64,000 bases of DNA, taken from a virus (lineage: Duplodnaviria; Caudoviricetes). A program made the translations under genes and the position numbers. The notes below the pieces were generated by a model. The model ran no database searches. It was given only the letters and a program-made list of their open reading frames with translations, and was not told the DNA's origin. Where the stretch lies: positions 1,873 through 65,872 of the IMG/VR virus record IMGVR_UViG_3300037067_006220. One strand, written 5' to 3'. Shown in pieces: positions 46,981-55,305 of this stretch. Every line of letters begins with the position of its first letter. Positions within the stretch are counted from its first letter, which is position 1.

Positions 46981-47191
46981 GCTATAAGTAAGCTATAAGA
47001 ATGTTTTGATAGCATAACAGGTAATAAGTAAGCTATTAGCTTCTAAGCTTTAATACCTGCAATGCTATTTAACCATTTTTAAGAAAGGATATAAAGCGTA
47101 GATATACATTATAACTGTGATTGAGTAACACCGACCCGGCGGCAACCGGGACGCGATCCCCGGCGCGAGACCGGCGGAAGAGAGATCTAAA

Positions 47192-47491
47192 ATGGCTAAA
47201 ATCAATAGTGTATCAGGGAGATTGCAAACACGATACAACTCATGGACAATAACTGAGGGCCATACGGCTACATTCACCCTAGACGATTTTGAATCGTGGT
47301 GGCTGGCAGCAAAAACTAGAGAGGATAAATTATCCCCCACTGATATGCAGGCATTGTACGACAACTTCCTATACCTAGCCGAGTCCGAGGAGCGCGAAAT
47401 AACTCATACTGCCAGCGAGTTACGGAGCATTATCCGGTCCTGTGCCGACGAGTGGAATGCTCGTATTGATAGGGAGGCCAACAATTCGTAG
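47192..47491 (+). CDS. hypothetical protein
   Basis: ATG ORF. Confidence 0.65.
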   Translation: MAKINSVSGRLQTRYNSWTITEGHTATFTLDDFESWWLAAKTREDKLSPTDMQALYDNFLYLAESEEREITHTASELRSIIRSCADEWNARIDREANNS

Positions 47492-47628
47492 CAAGGTTTG
47501 TTCTTGGGGTGATATTGTGGAACGTGGTAATTACGATTAGCATGATTAGGTGGTTTTTAAGGTAGTTTTAAGCAATTAGGCAATTAAGCCTAAACCATTT
47601 AAAATTGAAAGGACACAGGTATAAGTAT

Positions 47629-48570
47629 ATGACACGCGAAAAACATGTATATAAAACCGATGAAATAGCTCACCTATGGGCAAACCAGACTCAAAATGAT
47701 GCAAGAAACCCACAAGGGAATCTGTTTTTTGAAGGCAATACGCTTTACAGCTATCGGCATAGTTGGAGGGTTGGAGTTATTGTAACAAATGATAATGGCA
47801 ATAAGGCTGTAGTGATTAATAGTGATACTTATAGTGTTACTACATCTAAACATACAAGCGATGCAAGGTACGCAAGCCGGCATCATATGGTGCAATTTAC
47901 TTTACCATTGGGCGATTACCAACCCAATTATAAAGAGGCTCAAGCATGCTTTAATGGGTGGTATCAAAAGCAAATTGGTTTATTGCTGGCTAAAGCGAAA
48001 CGCGCACGTGAAAATAAGTCGCGTTTGGTGGCTCAAGCTGAAAACTTGAAAACGGAAGCTAATAGCTTTGCTAAGTTTTTCGGGCTTACTAGCAGAATCA
48101 AAGATGATCGCGGCATGAGTCAATTGTTGAAGGATGCTGAAGAACAATTAGCAAAGGACCGTGAAAAACGCAAAGAACGTGATAGGTTAGAACGGATTGC
48201 ACAAGCTGCAAGGAATAAAGAATTACAGGATAATTTGATAGCTTGGAAAGCTGGGGAAAGTATCAATACATATCAGCTGCCACGTGAAGAATTTGCCAGC
48301 TTAAGAATTAAAAATGATAACATCGAAACTTCTATGGGCGCAGTAGTGCCGGTAAAGCATGCATTGATATTGTATCGGTTCATGCTCAAGCTTAAAACGG
48401 ATGGGAAAACATGGCAAACTAACGGCCATACGTTCCATATAGGCATTTATAGCGTGAGCAAAATCGACGCTGATGGAACTTTGCATGCGGGCTGTCATGT
48501 TATCAGCTGGGCTGAGGTGGAACGTATTGGCAAGCTATTAGAAGCTTATTGGCAAGCTATTAGAAGCTAA
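47629..48570 (+). CDS. early hypothetical phage protein
   Basis: Long ORF with SD. Confidence 0.8.
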   Translation: MTREKHVYKTDEIAHLWANQTQNDARNPQGNLFFEGNTLYSYRHSWRVGVIVTNDNGNKAVVINSDTYSVTTSKHTSDARYASRHHMVQFTLPLGDYQPNYKEAQACFNGWYQKQIGLLLAKAKRARENKSRLVAQAENLKTEANSFAKFFGLTSRIKDDRGMSQLLKDAEEQLAKDREKRKERDRLERIAQAARNKELQDNLIAWKAGESINTYQLPREEFASLRIKNDNIETSMGAVVPVKHALILYRFMLKLKTDGKTWQTNGHTFHIGIYSVSKIDADGTLHAGCHVISWAEVERIGKLLEAYWQAIRS

Positions 48571-48595
48571 TGTAGTTTAAGCTGATAGCAGAACA

Positions 48596-48649
48596 AAGGC
48601 AACCATATGCTATTAATAGATTACTAGTTAAGGCACTTATGGTTGCCTT
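48596..48649 (+). other. intergenic hairpin AAGGCAACCATA-N30-TATGGTTGCCTT
   Basis: Perfect 12-bp arms read directly. Confidence 0.6.
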
Positions 48650-48703
48650 GATTGTACTATCAGAATATTGAATTAACTGTATTTAACTTTGTAGGATATA
48701 GTT

Positions 48704-49009
48704 ATGTTTTACATTTGCACAAAGTACGGCGATCAATACCATGTTAATGACAAGGGTGAAATTATCCGATTAGATCAAAAGGACTTTAAACCAAGTGGTA
48801 GCTGGTTATTGCTTGGTTTAAGGCATACTACCTGCACACAGTCTTTTGTGCCATTTGATAAAATTAAGCATTGGCTAACAAGCAAGCCAGAACTGCTTTT
48901 CAAAAATGGCAATCCACAGTGGGCAATTGAAGACTTAGATTATGGTATTCGCCGTACTTGGGGCAATACAGAATACCATGGAATAGCAAGCATATGTTTT
49001 ATTGACTAG
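48704..49009 (+). CDS. hypothetical protein
   Basis: AGGA SD. Confidence 0.7.
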   Translation: MFYICTKYGDQYHVNDKGEIIRLDQKDFKPSGSWLLLGLRHTTCTQSFVPFDKIKHWLTSKPELLFKNGNPQWAIEDLDYGIRRTWGNTEYHGIASICFID

Positions 49010-49069
49010 CTATAAAGGGTTTTTATTGCTTTTAATGGTTAAATCTTGAAAGGAATAGGTAATATAGTT

Positions 49070-49309
49070 ATGCCTGAAGACAAAAATGATTTTACTACAG
49101 CTATGCAAGCGCGGGAATATTATAACGTATATCGGCGATATTTCAAGCAACCTGGGCACAAGCGGCTGATATTAGCCCATGTCCATATTGATGAAGCCCA
49201 AGCCCATTGCAATAACCCGGAAACAAGCTCAAGCACCTGTACCACAAGCGGGTGTAAGTTGCGGACTAAACGCATGGGGCCATGGTTCGATAGCTATGAG
49301 AAGGAATAG
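49070..49309 (+). CDS. hypothetical phage protein (EAQAHCNNPETSS motif)
   Basis: SD and ATG 49070. Confidence 0.7.
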   Translation: MPEDKNDFTTAMQAREYYNVYRRYFKQPGHKRLILAHVHIDEAQAHCNNPETSSSTCTTSGCKLRTKRMGPWFDSYEKE

Positions 49310-49385
49310 GCGCTCATAAGTAGCCACAAGCGGAATAAACAAGGTTTACATTAAGGTGATTATACCTTAACAAGGAAGGATAGCC

Positions 49386-50084
49386 ATGTATAAACGAGTA
49401 GATGAGTATAATATTAGTAAGTCGTCTGTATTGGCCTATTTTAAAGGCAATGACAAATCTGGCTACCATGTAAGCCCGCCGTGGTTGAGGCTATTTAAAT
49501 ATCCAGTAATACATGAGGCTGTAATCCGCGATGAAACCATCGTCGAAACTATTAACAGACTTAAAAAAGATATTGATAAAAGCATTTTGAAGTCGGAACC
49601 TAACCGTAAAGGCAAGAAGTATATTGGCGCATATATTGATAATTATGCTTGCGTATCGACGGATGGCTACAGAGCTTTGCTTGTAAGGCACGCGGACAAA
49701 ACTAATATAGTTTGGACTATCTGCGAGCTTCCGGCAAGTAATACGGAATATGTAGCGTTGAATGATCCGACAATTATGGCAGGTATTCAAAGGCTTACTA
49801 TAGTTACAAAAGATAATCCAACACCAGCTATAAAACTTGCCTGGAACCATAAAACACATAAGCTTGTATTATCCACGAGTAGCCATGATTTTGATTTTGA
49901 AGGTACTGAAACATACGACTATACGGGCAACACTTCCGGCGAAGTATGTTTGGCCCCGAAGTATCTGCTTTCGGTGCTGGGCAGTTGGCCGATACGCATG
50001 TACGTAAAAAGCCCGGTTGAGCCGGTAATATTTGGTATGAAGGGTGGGGAATTTTACTACGTGTTAATGCCTATACGGCCATAA
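49386..50084 (+). CDS. partial DNA polymerase III beta-clamp-like protein
   Basis: STDGYRAL (cf. DnaN ATDGHRL), PKYLLSVL, C-terminal YYVLMPIRP. Confidence 0.65.
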   Translation: MYKRVDEYNISKSSVLAYFKGNDKSGYHVSPPWLRLFKYPVIHEAVIRDETIVETINRLKKDIDKSILKSEPNRKGKKYIGAYIDNYACVSTDGYRALLVRHADKTNIVWTICELPASNTEYVALNDPTIMAGIQRLTIVTKDNPTPAIKLAWNHKTHKLVLSTSSHDFDFEGTETYDYTGNTSGEVCLAPKYLLSVLGSWPIRMYVKSPVEPVIFGMKGGEFYYVLMPIRP

Positions 50085-50128
50085 AGGTATAATTTAGGTT
50101 AGCATTTTAAACGAAAGGATAAAGTATT

Positions 50129-50308
50129 ATGTACGGTTATCGTGCTGTAGAGCTTATAGTAGGCAAAGAATACGGTATCGAGTTAGATGCTAATGTTATC
50201 AAACGAGGCTTAGCTAGCTGGCAGGAAGCTGAAGACTTAGCCGACATGCTTAATAAAGCGTATGCGAACGCACTTGAAACTATTAAAAGCAAAATAGCTG
50301 AGCTATAA
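50129..50308 (+). CDS. 59-aa hypothetical protein, missed by ORF track
   Basis: Translated by hand (MYGYRAVEL...KIAEL); GAAAGGA SD. Confidence 0.65.
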   Translation: MYGYRAVELIVGKEYGIELDANVIKRGLASWQEAEDLADMLNKAYANALETIKSKIAEL

Positions 50309-50320
50309 AAAAGTAACATG

Positions 50321-50488
50321 GTATTAATTTCATATACCTGTATCTAAAGCTAGCTTAGAACAATAGTAGTTTGTAGATATATATAAAGTATAACCATATA
50401 TATTGAAGCTGAACAACTTTTTTAATATATATCTATTTATTACTATTGTTCTAAGCTAGCTTTAGATACAGGTATATGAAATTAATAC
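50321..50488. repeat. perfect 48-bp inverted repeat (50321-50368 / 50441-50488) with an inner 11-bp stem
   Basis: Arms verified base by base. Confidence 0.95.
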
Positions 50489-50491
50489 TTC

Positions 50492-50521
50492 TTGACTATT
50501 TTATAGTCCTTATGTTAAGTT
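50492..50521 (+). promoter_or_regulatory. sigma70-like promoter TTGACT-N18-TAAGTT with extended TG
   Basis: Begins 3 nt after the inverted repeat. Confidence 0.55.
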
Positions 50522-50546
50522 ATGTCTTTGGAGGTATTTAAGTATT

Positions 50547-50918
50547 ATGTCACAACTACCGAAAGTCGGCGATAAGTGGGCATGCTTGGAAGTGATCGGC
50601 AGAGATAAGATCGAAAATGAAGAAAATGAATTAGGTTACGGGCGTTTTATTGCCTGCGTTGAATTGCAATGTGAATGCGGTAAGGTATTCCGTGTGCCGG
50701 GCTTTGGATGGAAGGGTAAAAATATTATGCGTGATTGTGGCTGCGGAACATATATAAATACAGCTAGGACAGTCGTATTCAGTGTTAATATCCGTCAAGA
50801 CTATCGGGAAGCGATCGCGCGCATGGCTACAGACAATCAAATTAAAGAAAGCGAAGCCATGCGGATAATTATTGAGGCAGGCTTAGGCACGCTTGGGTAT
50901 AGAAAGGAGCGCGTATGA
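50547..50918 (+). CDS. CxCG Zn-ribbon + ribbon-helix-helix DNA-binding protein (paralog A)
   Basis: QCECGKVF...DCGCG then VVFSVNI..YREAIARMA..SEAMR. Confidence 0.7.
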   Translation: MSQLPKVGDKWACLEVIGRDKIENEENELGYGRFIACVELQCECGKVFRVPGFGWKGKNIMRDCGCGTYINTARTVVFSVNIRQDYREAIARMATDNQIKESEAMRIIIEAGLGTLGYRKERV

Positions 50919-51298
50919 TACCGGAACTTCAGATCGGCATGAGTTGGAAGCATGTAAAGGTTATCAATAGTGGAAAGGAAACCCGCTATTGGGATAATGG
51001 AAATGGTATTGGATGGCATGAACCAGACCAAGAATACTTTGAAGCTCAATGTGATTGTGGCAAGGTATTCCGTATTTGGGCTGATGACTGGAAAGGTAAA
51101 AAGTACATACCCGATTGTGGTTGTGGTATTAGTTTAGCCGATGGTGAACATGTAGTAACAATGATATCAGCCAGCAATGCATGGCGGCAAAGCATGAAAA
51201 AATATGCAGCGGAAAACGGTATCAGCTTGAGCCGTGCGATTGTGGAATTGTCGGCAAACGCATTAAGAAAACATATTGAGGATAAAGCTAATGCTTAA
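50915..51298 (+). CDS. CxCG Zn-ribbon + ribbon-helix-helix DNA-binding protein (paralog B)
   Basis: QCDCGKVF...DCGCG then VVTMIS..YAAENGISLSRAIVEL. Confidence 0.7.
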   Translation: MIPELQIGMSWKHVKVINSGKETRYWDNGNGIGWHEPDQEYFEAQCDCGKVFRIWADDWKGKKYIPDCGCGISLADGEHVVTMISASNAWRQSMKKYAAENGISLSRAIVELSANALRKHIEDKANA

Positions 51299-51599
51299 TA
51301 TACCGGAATTGGTAAATTTGGTATTGGACTTAAAACTCGGTCAAAACACATATATAGTGGATTTTGATATTGTCGATATTGTAGTCAACCCTAATTTAGT
51401 TGTATTTCCCGCAGCTAACGGCTGTATGCATCATTGTTATAGGTATGCTATAACAGGGTTTAGAATAGCCCGCATGATGGTTCATATGTATGACTGTCCT
51501 GCTAAAAAAGCTTCTATGGATAAAATCCGTTATAAATTGCTAACTAGTAAGAAGGTGAAGGCCGAAATTGCTGATATAGTTTTTAAAGGAGCAAAGTGA
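51291..51599 (+). CDS. hypothetical protein
   Basis: Packed ORF. Confidence 0.55.
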   Translation: MLNIPELVNLVLDLKLGQNTYIVDFDIVDIVVNPNLVVFPAANGCMHHCYRYAITGFRIARMMVHMYDCPAKKASMDKIRYKLLTSKKVKAEIADIVFKGAK

Positions 51600-54196
51600 T
51601 GGGGAGAATTAAAATGCATTCGGAAAGTGCTGTAAGTAGTATGAGTGGCAAACAATATAATGTGCTTGGAAGCGATGAGCAAGTGGCTATATGGAAAGCA
51701 CTTGATAATAACCAAGAGCATATTATGGTTAATGCCGTAGCTGGAAGTGGTAAGTGTTTAGGTAAAAGTACACCGGTGTTATTGTATGACGGAAGGATTG
51801 TTCCAGTGGAAACTGTGAAAGCTGGGGACTGGCTTATGGGGCCGGACAGCCAACCACGTATCGTAATAACTACAAATAAAGGTATTGGACGATTGTATCG
51901 GATAACTCCCATCAAAGGCGATCCCTGGGTATGCAACGAAAACCATATTCTAACACTAGTAGGGACTAATCGCTTCAAAGGTCAAACTCGGGATGTTGCT
52001 TTGATGGACTACCGTAGTGAAAGCCGATGTTCACAAACGCAATGGAAACTTTGGCGTACGGGTGTAGAATGGAATGAAAACCGAACTTATGAAGTTGAGC
52101 CATACTTGGTCGGGCTGTGGCTTGGTGATGGCACGAAAACCGACACTGTTATTAGCACAAACGATGAAGAAATAATAAAATATCTTCGTAATTATGCCGA
52201 CGATCATGGCTTGTTGTGCAAAGTCAAAGCTGATCGTACTGTTAATAGTGTGGCTTTACGGATGAAAAACAAAACTGATAAAGGCACACACCAGCGAACG
52301 ATAGACTTCCCGCTTCGGCGCGTACTATTGGCAGGCTGTGTAAAAGATGGAGAAAAACGCATTCCGTTCAAATACCTGATAACGTCTATAGATCAAAGGC
52401 TAAAGTTGCTGGCCGGATTAATTGATTCAGACGGATATTTTGGTTGCGGCTCATACGAAATTGCAACCAAGTATATTGGGTTAGCTACTGACATTTTGTT
52501 CTTGGCTCGAAGTTTGGGCTTTGCTGCTTATATCAGTTTTAAAACCGTGCAATTGGACGAAGAACGCACAGTTGGGTATTATCGGATATCAATTTCTGGC
52601 GAACAGCTTGAATTAATTCCTGTTTTACTTCGTCGAAAAAAAGCTCCGTTACGAAAACAAATAAAGCGCACCAATATTACAGGTTTCACAATCGAAGGAA
52701 TTGGAGTGGGCGAGTATTATGGTTTTACGTTGACTGGTGATGGTAGATTCTTGCTTGGTGACTTTACCGTAACACACAATACTTGGACCATTGTAGAGTG
52801 GGCTAAGGCACAAACCAGCGGAAGGATCGCTTTGGTAGCATTTAATAAGCATATTGCTGATGAACTGAAGCTTAGATTAGGCAATAATAAGTTCGTCGAA
52901 CCTATGACGTATCACAGCTTGGGTTTTCGGCAAGTTAAAGCGGCATTCGGCGGCAAAGTGCAAGTCGATAACTACAAAGTCGATGGGATATTGGATAATA
53001 TTGCTTTACCAGGCTTTAGCGAAAATGACGAATGGAAAAGCAAACAAGTCAAATGGAAAATTAAAAAGCTTGTAAGTTTGGCTAAGCAGTACGCGGTACG
53101 TGACCGGGTGGAGCTTGAGCGGTTAGTGGATCACCATGACGTTGAGCTTAACGGCAATGAAGAAGTAGTGTATGAATACGTACCAAAAGTATTGGATGCG
53201 TGTAAAACTAATAAAAGTGTTGTGGACTTTGACGATATGGTTTGGCTGCCGAGTGAGCTTGGCTTGAGCAGCAAGCAATACGATGTAATGTGCGTGGATG
53301 AATTGCAGGATACGAATATTGTTCAGCAATATTTAGCGTTAAATACCGCTCATAGGATTGTTGGTATAGGCGACGAAAAACAGTCGATCTATGGATTTCG
53401 TGGAGCCGATGTAAACGGTATGGAGCGAATTAAAAATGAATTGAGCAAAACCTCAGCTGGTTGCATGAGTTTGCCACTGAATATTACCCGCCGATGCCCA
53501 AAAAGCCACGTAGAGCTTGCTAAACGTATTGTGCCGCAAATTACAGCCCTAGATACGGCGGACGTAGGGCTTGTGAGTACGCTTAAAGCTGAAGTTGCGG
53601 TCAATAGTATGCGTCCAGGGGATTTAGTGGTATGTAGAGTGAATGCGGAATTGCTTGGTGTAGCATATAAGTTACTTAAACGTGGCGTCAAAGCGGTAGT
53701 TAGGGGTAGGGATTTGGGTGCGGGTTTGGAAAAGTTAATTGACAAATGCATAAAGAAAGGTGCCAATGAAGATGTGCGTGATTTGCTTGATATTGCTGGT
53801 CAAATTACTAATCAAGAAACTGATAAGTATTTAGCTATACCGCATGGCCGGGGTGAAATGCGTGCGGCTAATGCACAAGACAGATACGGGTGTTTGTGTG
53901 AGCTTGCGGTGGATTGTAAAACAGTTAGCGAATTGCGGGGTGTAATTACACGGCTATTTGCGGACTTTGATGATAGTGGAAAACCGAATAATGCGGTAGT
54001 ATTGGGAACTATACATAGGACGAAAGGTTTAGAAGCTAACCGGGTGTTTGTGCTACGGGGCGATCTTATACCGCACCCGATGGCAAAGCAAAATTGGGAA
54101 TGTGTCCAGGAAATGAACGCTGCATATATAGCCGTCACGCGCTCGAAGTATGAGCTTATTTGGGTAGGGCAACCAAGCAGTTTATTTGTGGATTAA
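51596..54196 (+). CDS. SF1 (UvrD/Rep-like) helicase with intein
   Basis: AVAGSGK|T, DELQD, GDEKQSIYGFRG, RCP, TIHRTKGLE, YIAVTR. Confidence 0.92.
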   Translation: MMGRIKMHSESAVSSMSGKQYNVLGSDEQVAIWKALDNNQEHIMVNAVAGSGKCLGKSTPVLLYDGRIVPVETVKAGDWLMGPDSQPRIVITTNKGIGRLYRITPIKGDPWVCNENHILTLVGTNRFKGQTRDVALMDYRSESRCSQTQWKLWRTGVEWNENRTYEVEPYLVGLWLGDGTKTDTVISTNDEEIIKYLRNYADDHGLLCKVKADRTVNSVALRMKNKTDKGTHQRTIDFPLRRVLLAGCVKDGEKRIPFKYLITSIDQRLKLLAGLIDSDGYFGCGSYEIATKYIGLATDILFLARSLGFAAYISFKTVQLDEERTVGYYRISISGEQLELIPVLLRRKKAPLRKQIKRTNITGFTIEGIGVGEYYGFTLTGDGRFLLGDFTVTHNTWTIVEWAKAQTSGRIALVAFNKHIADELKLRLGNNKFVEPMTYHSLGFRQVKAAFGGKVQVDNYKVDGILDNIALPGFSENDEWKSKQVKWKIKKLVSLAKQYAVRDRVELERLVDHHDVELNGNEEVVYEYVPKVLDACKTNKSVVDFDDMVWLPSELGLSSKQYDVMCVDELQDTNIVQQYLALNTAHRIVGIGDEKQSIYGFRGADVNGMERIKNELSKTSAGCMSLPLNITRRCPKSHVELAKRIVPQITALDTADVGLVSTLKAEVAVNSMRPGDLVVCRVNAELLGVAYKLLKRGVKAVVRGRDLGAGLEKLIDKCIKKGANEDVRDLLDIAGQITNQETDKYLAIPHGRGEMRAANAQDRYGCLCELAVDCKTVSELRGVITRLFADFDDSGKPNNAVVLGTIHRTKGLEANRVFVLRGDLIPHPMAKQNWECVQEMNAAYIAVTRSKYELIWVGQPSSLFVD
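51755..52780 (+). mobile_element. 342-aa intein with LAGLIDADG homing endonuclease in the Walker A motif
   Basis: Starts CLGKST, ends VTHN before Thr+1; LAGLIDSDG motif. Confidence 0.93.
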
Positions 54197-54208
54197 TGGG
54201 GGGGGGGT

Positions 54209-54562
54209 ATGGCAGAATTAGGGTATTTATACCGTTATGAATCACACCGCTTTTCTAATGGCGTTGATGAATTTGATAACCCGTATTTTGGGTATGGTGT
54301 AGGGGTATATTTACATAAGTACCATATTTTACGCCGTACTCCTAAAGGGTGGCGTATAGAATATTATAATCCAAGAGGAAAATTTGTATTAGAGACTGCA
54401 CGAAAACGATTTGCCAGTCCTACGATAGCAGAAGCCAAAGAATCCTTCCGTCGTCGAAAGGCAGCATATTTAAGAATATTGAATGGATTTATTCAAGATA
54501 CGCACGTGGCATTAAGAAAAATAGAGGGCATGCGGGATAACCAGAACTTGGACGAGTCTTGA
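54209..54562 (+). CDS. hypothetical phage protein
   Basis: RRTPKGW...KRFASPT..EA..SF motif. Confidence 0.7.
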   Translation: MAELGYLYRYESHRFSNGVDEFDNPYFGYGVGVYLHKYHILRRTPKGWRIEYYNPRGKFVLETARKRFASPTIAEAKESFRRRKAAYLRILNGFIQDTHVALRKIEGMRDNQNLDES

Positions 54563-54566
54563 TATC

Positions 54567-54761
54567 ATGCGAAAAATCACACGCTATCAAAAAGACTGCC
54601 TAAATAAACAGCGCCACAAAAGCCGTGGAAGCGCAGAAGCACACGTAAGAAGTATAAGTAAGCGTTTGGGCAAAGAAACACTAATGCCGTATTTTTGTCC
54701 ATGGTGTCATTTTTGGCATGTGGGACACATACGGAAAACATGGAAGCAAATAAAGGTTTGA
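54567..54761 (+). CDS. small Zn-binding protein (YFCPWCHFWHVGH)
   Basis: CxxC...HxGH. Confidence 0.65.
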   Translation: MRKITRYQKDCLNKQRHKSRGSAEAHVRSISKRLGKETLMPYFCPWCHFWHVGHIRKTWKQIKV

Positions 54762-54786
54762 CATATCATTAAATAAGTGATACATA
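54758..54786 (+). promoter_or_regulatory. sigma70-like promoter TTGACA-N17-TACATA with extended TG
   Basis: Read directly. Confidence 0.65.
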
Positions 54787-54794
54787 TATCCACC

Positions 54795-55070
54795 ATGAAT
54801 ATTAAACCTTACAAGCGGACTACGAACCGTGGCACAAAGCCAAACACATTACCAGGATTAAATAGATCAGCACTCGCTAAAGATATCGGTATTAGCCGGG
54901 TATGTGTCAGCCGTGTGCTGGGTGGATATTGCAGGCCACGATTGGAAGCTGCCAGCAAAATAGCCAAAGCATTAAGCATGAGTTTGGATGGGTTATTTAA
55001 GATGCTGGAAGGCATTAAAGCCAAACGTAAAGCTAAATGCAAAGCTAAATGCAAAGCCAAACGTAAATAG
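54795..55070 (+). CDS. XRE-family HTH regulator with Lys/Ala repeat tail
   Basis: LNRSALAKDIGISRVCVSRVLGG; KAKRKAKCKAKCKAKRK. Confidence 0.75.
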   Translation: MNIKPYKRTTNRGTKPNTLPGLNRSALAKDIGISRVCVSRVLGGYCRPRLEAASKIAKALSMSLDGLFKMLEGIKAKRKAKCKAKCKAKRK

Positions 55071-55104
55071 CAAATAACATGCGGTAAGCGGTAAGGGGAT
55101 TGCC

Positions 55105-55230
55105 ATGAGGAATAATACTAAATACAGTGGTCCGTTGCTGCTTGTGGCATGGGTGGTGATGATTGTGGTTAGTTGGGCGCTCGTGACGGGTTTGTATTTG
55201 GTATGTAGTAAAATTAGTAAGTTATTTTAA
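55105..55230 (+). CDS. 41-aa single-TM protein
   Basis: Translated by hand; AAGGGG SD. Confidence 0.55.
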   Translation: MRNNTKYSGPLLLVAWVVMIVVSWALVTGLYLVCSKISKLF

Positions 55231-55305
55231 ATAGTTTATTGTAGGCTCCACGAATTAGCCCGCGTGGGTAAGCGTATAAGGCTATAAACGACCGTCCCAT
55301 TATTT

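Noticed and set aside
47129-47178. c-di-GMP-I riboswitch (GGCAAC...GGGACGC resemblance)
   Set aside because: The intervening stem with tetraloop and the receptor stem are missing
44777-48560. Frequent AAGCTAT motif as a regulator site
   Set aside because: AGCT-containing words are common throughout this genome; enrichment cannot be shown without counting
46126-49055. Recurring TTGAAAGG motif resembling CRISPR repeat ends
   Set aside because: It sits just upstream of gene starts each time and is explained as the GAAAGG(A) Shine-Dalgarno
50321-50488. Inverted repeat as a MITE or protelomerase site
   Set aside because: No flanking target-site duplication, no transposase or protelomerase in the window, and the centre is not a perfect palindrome
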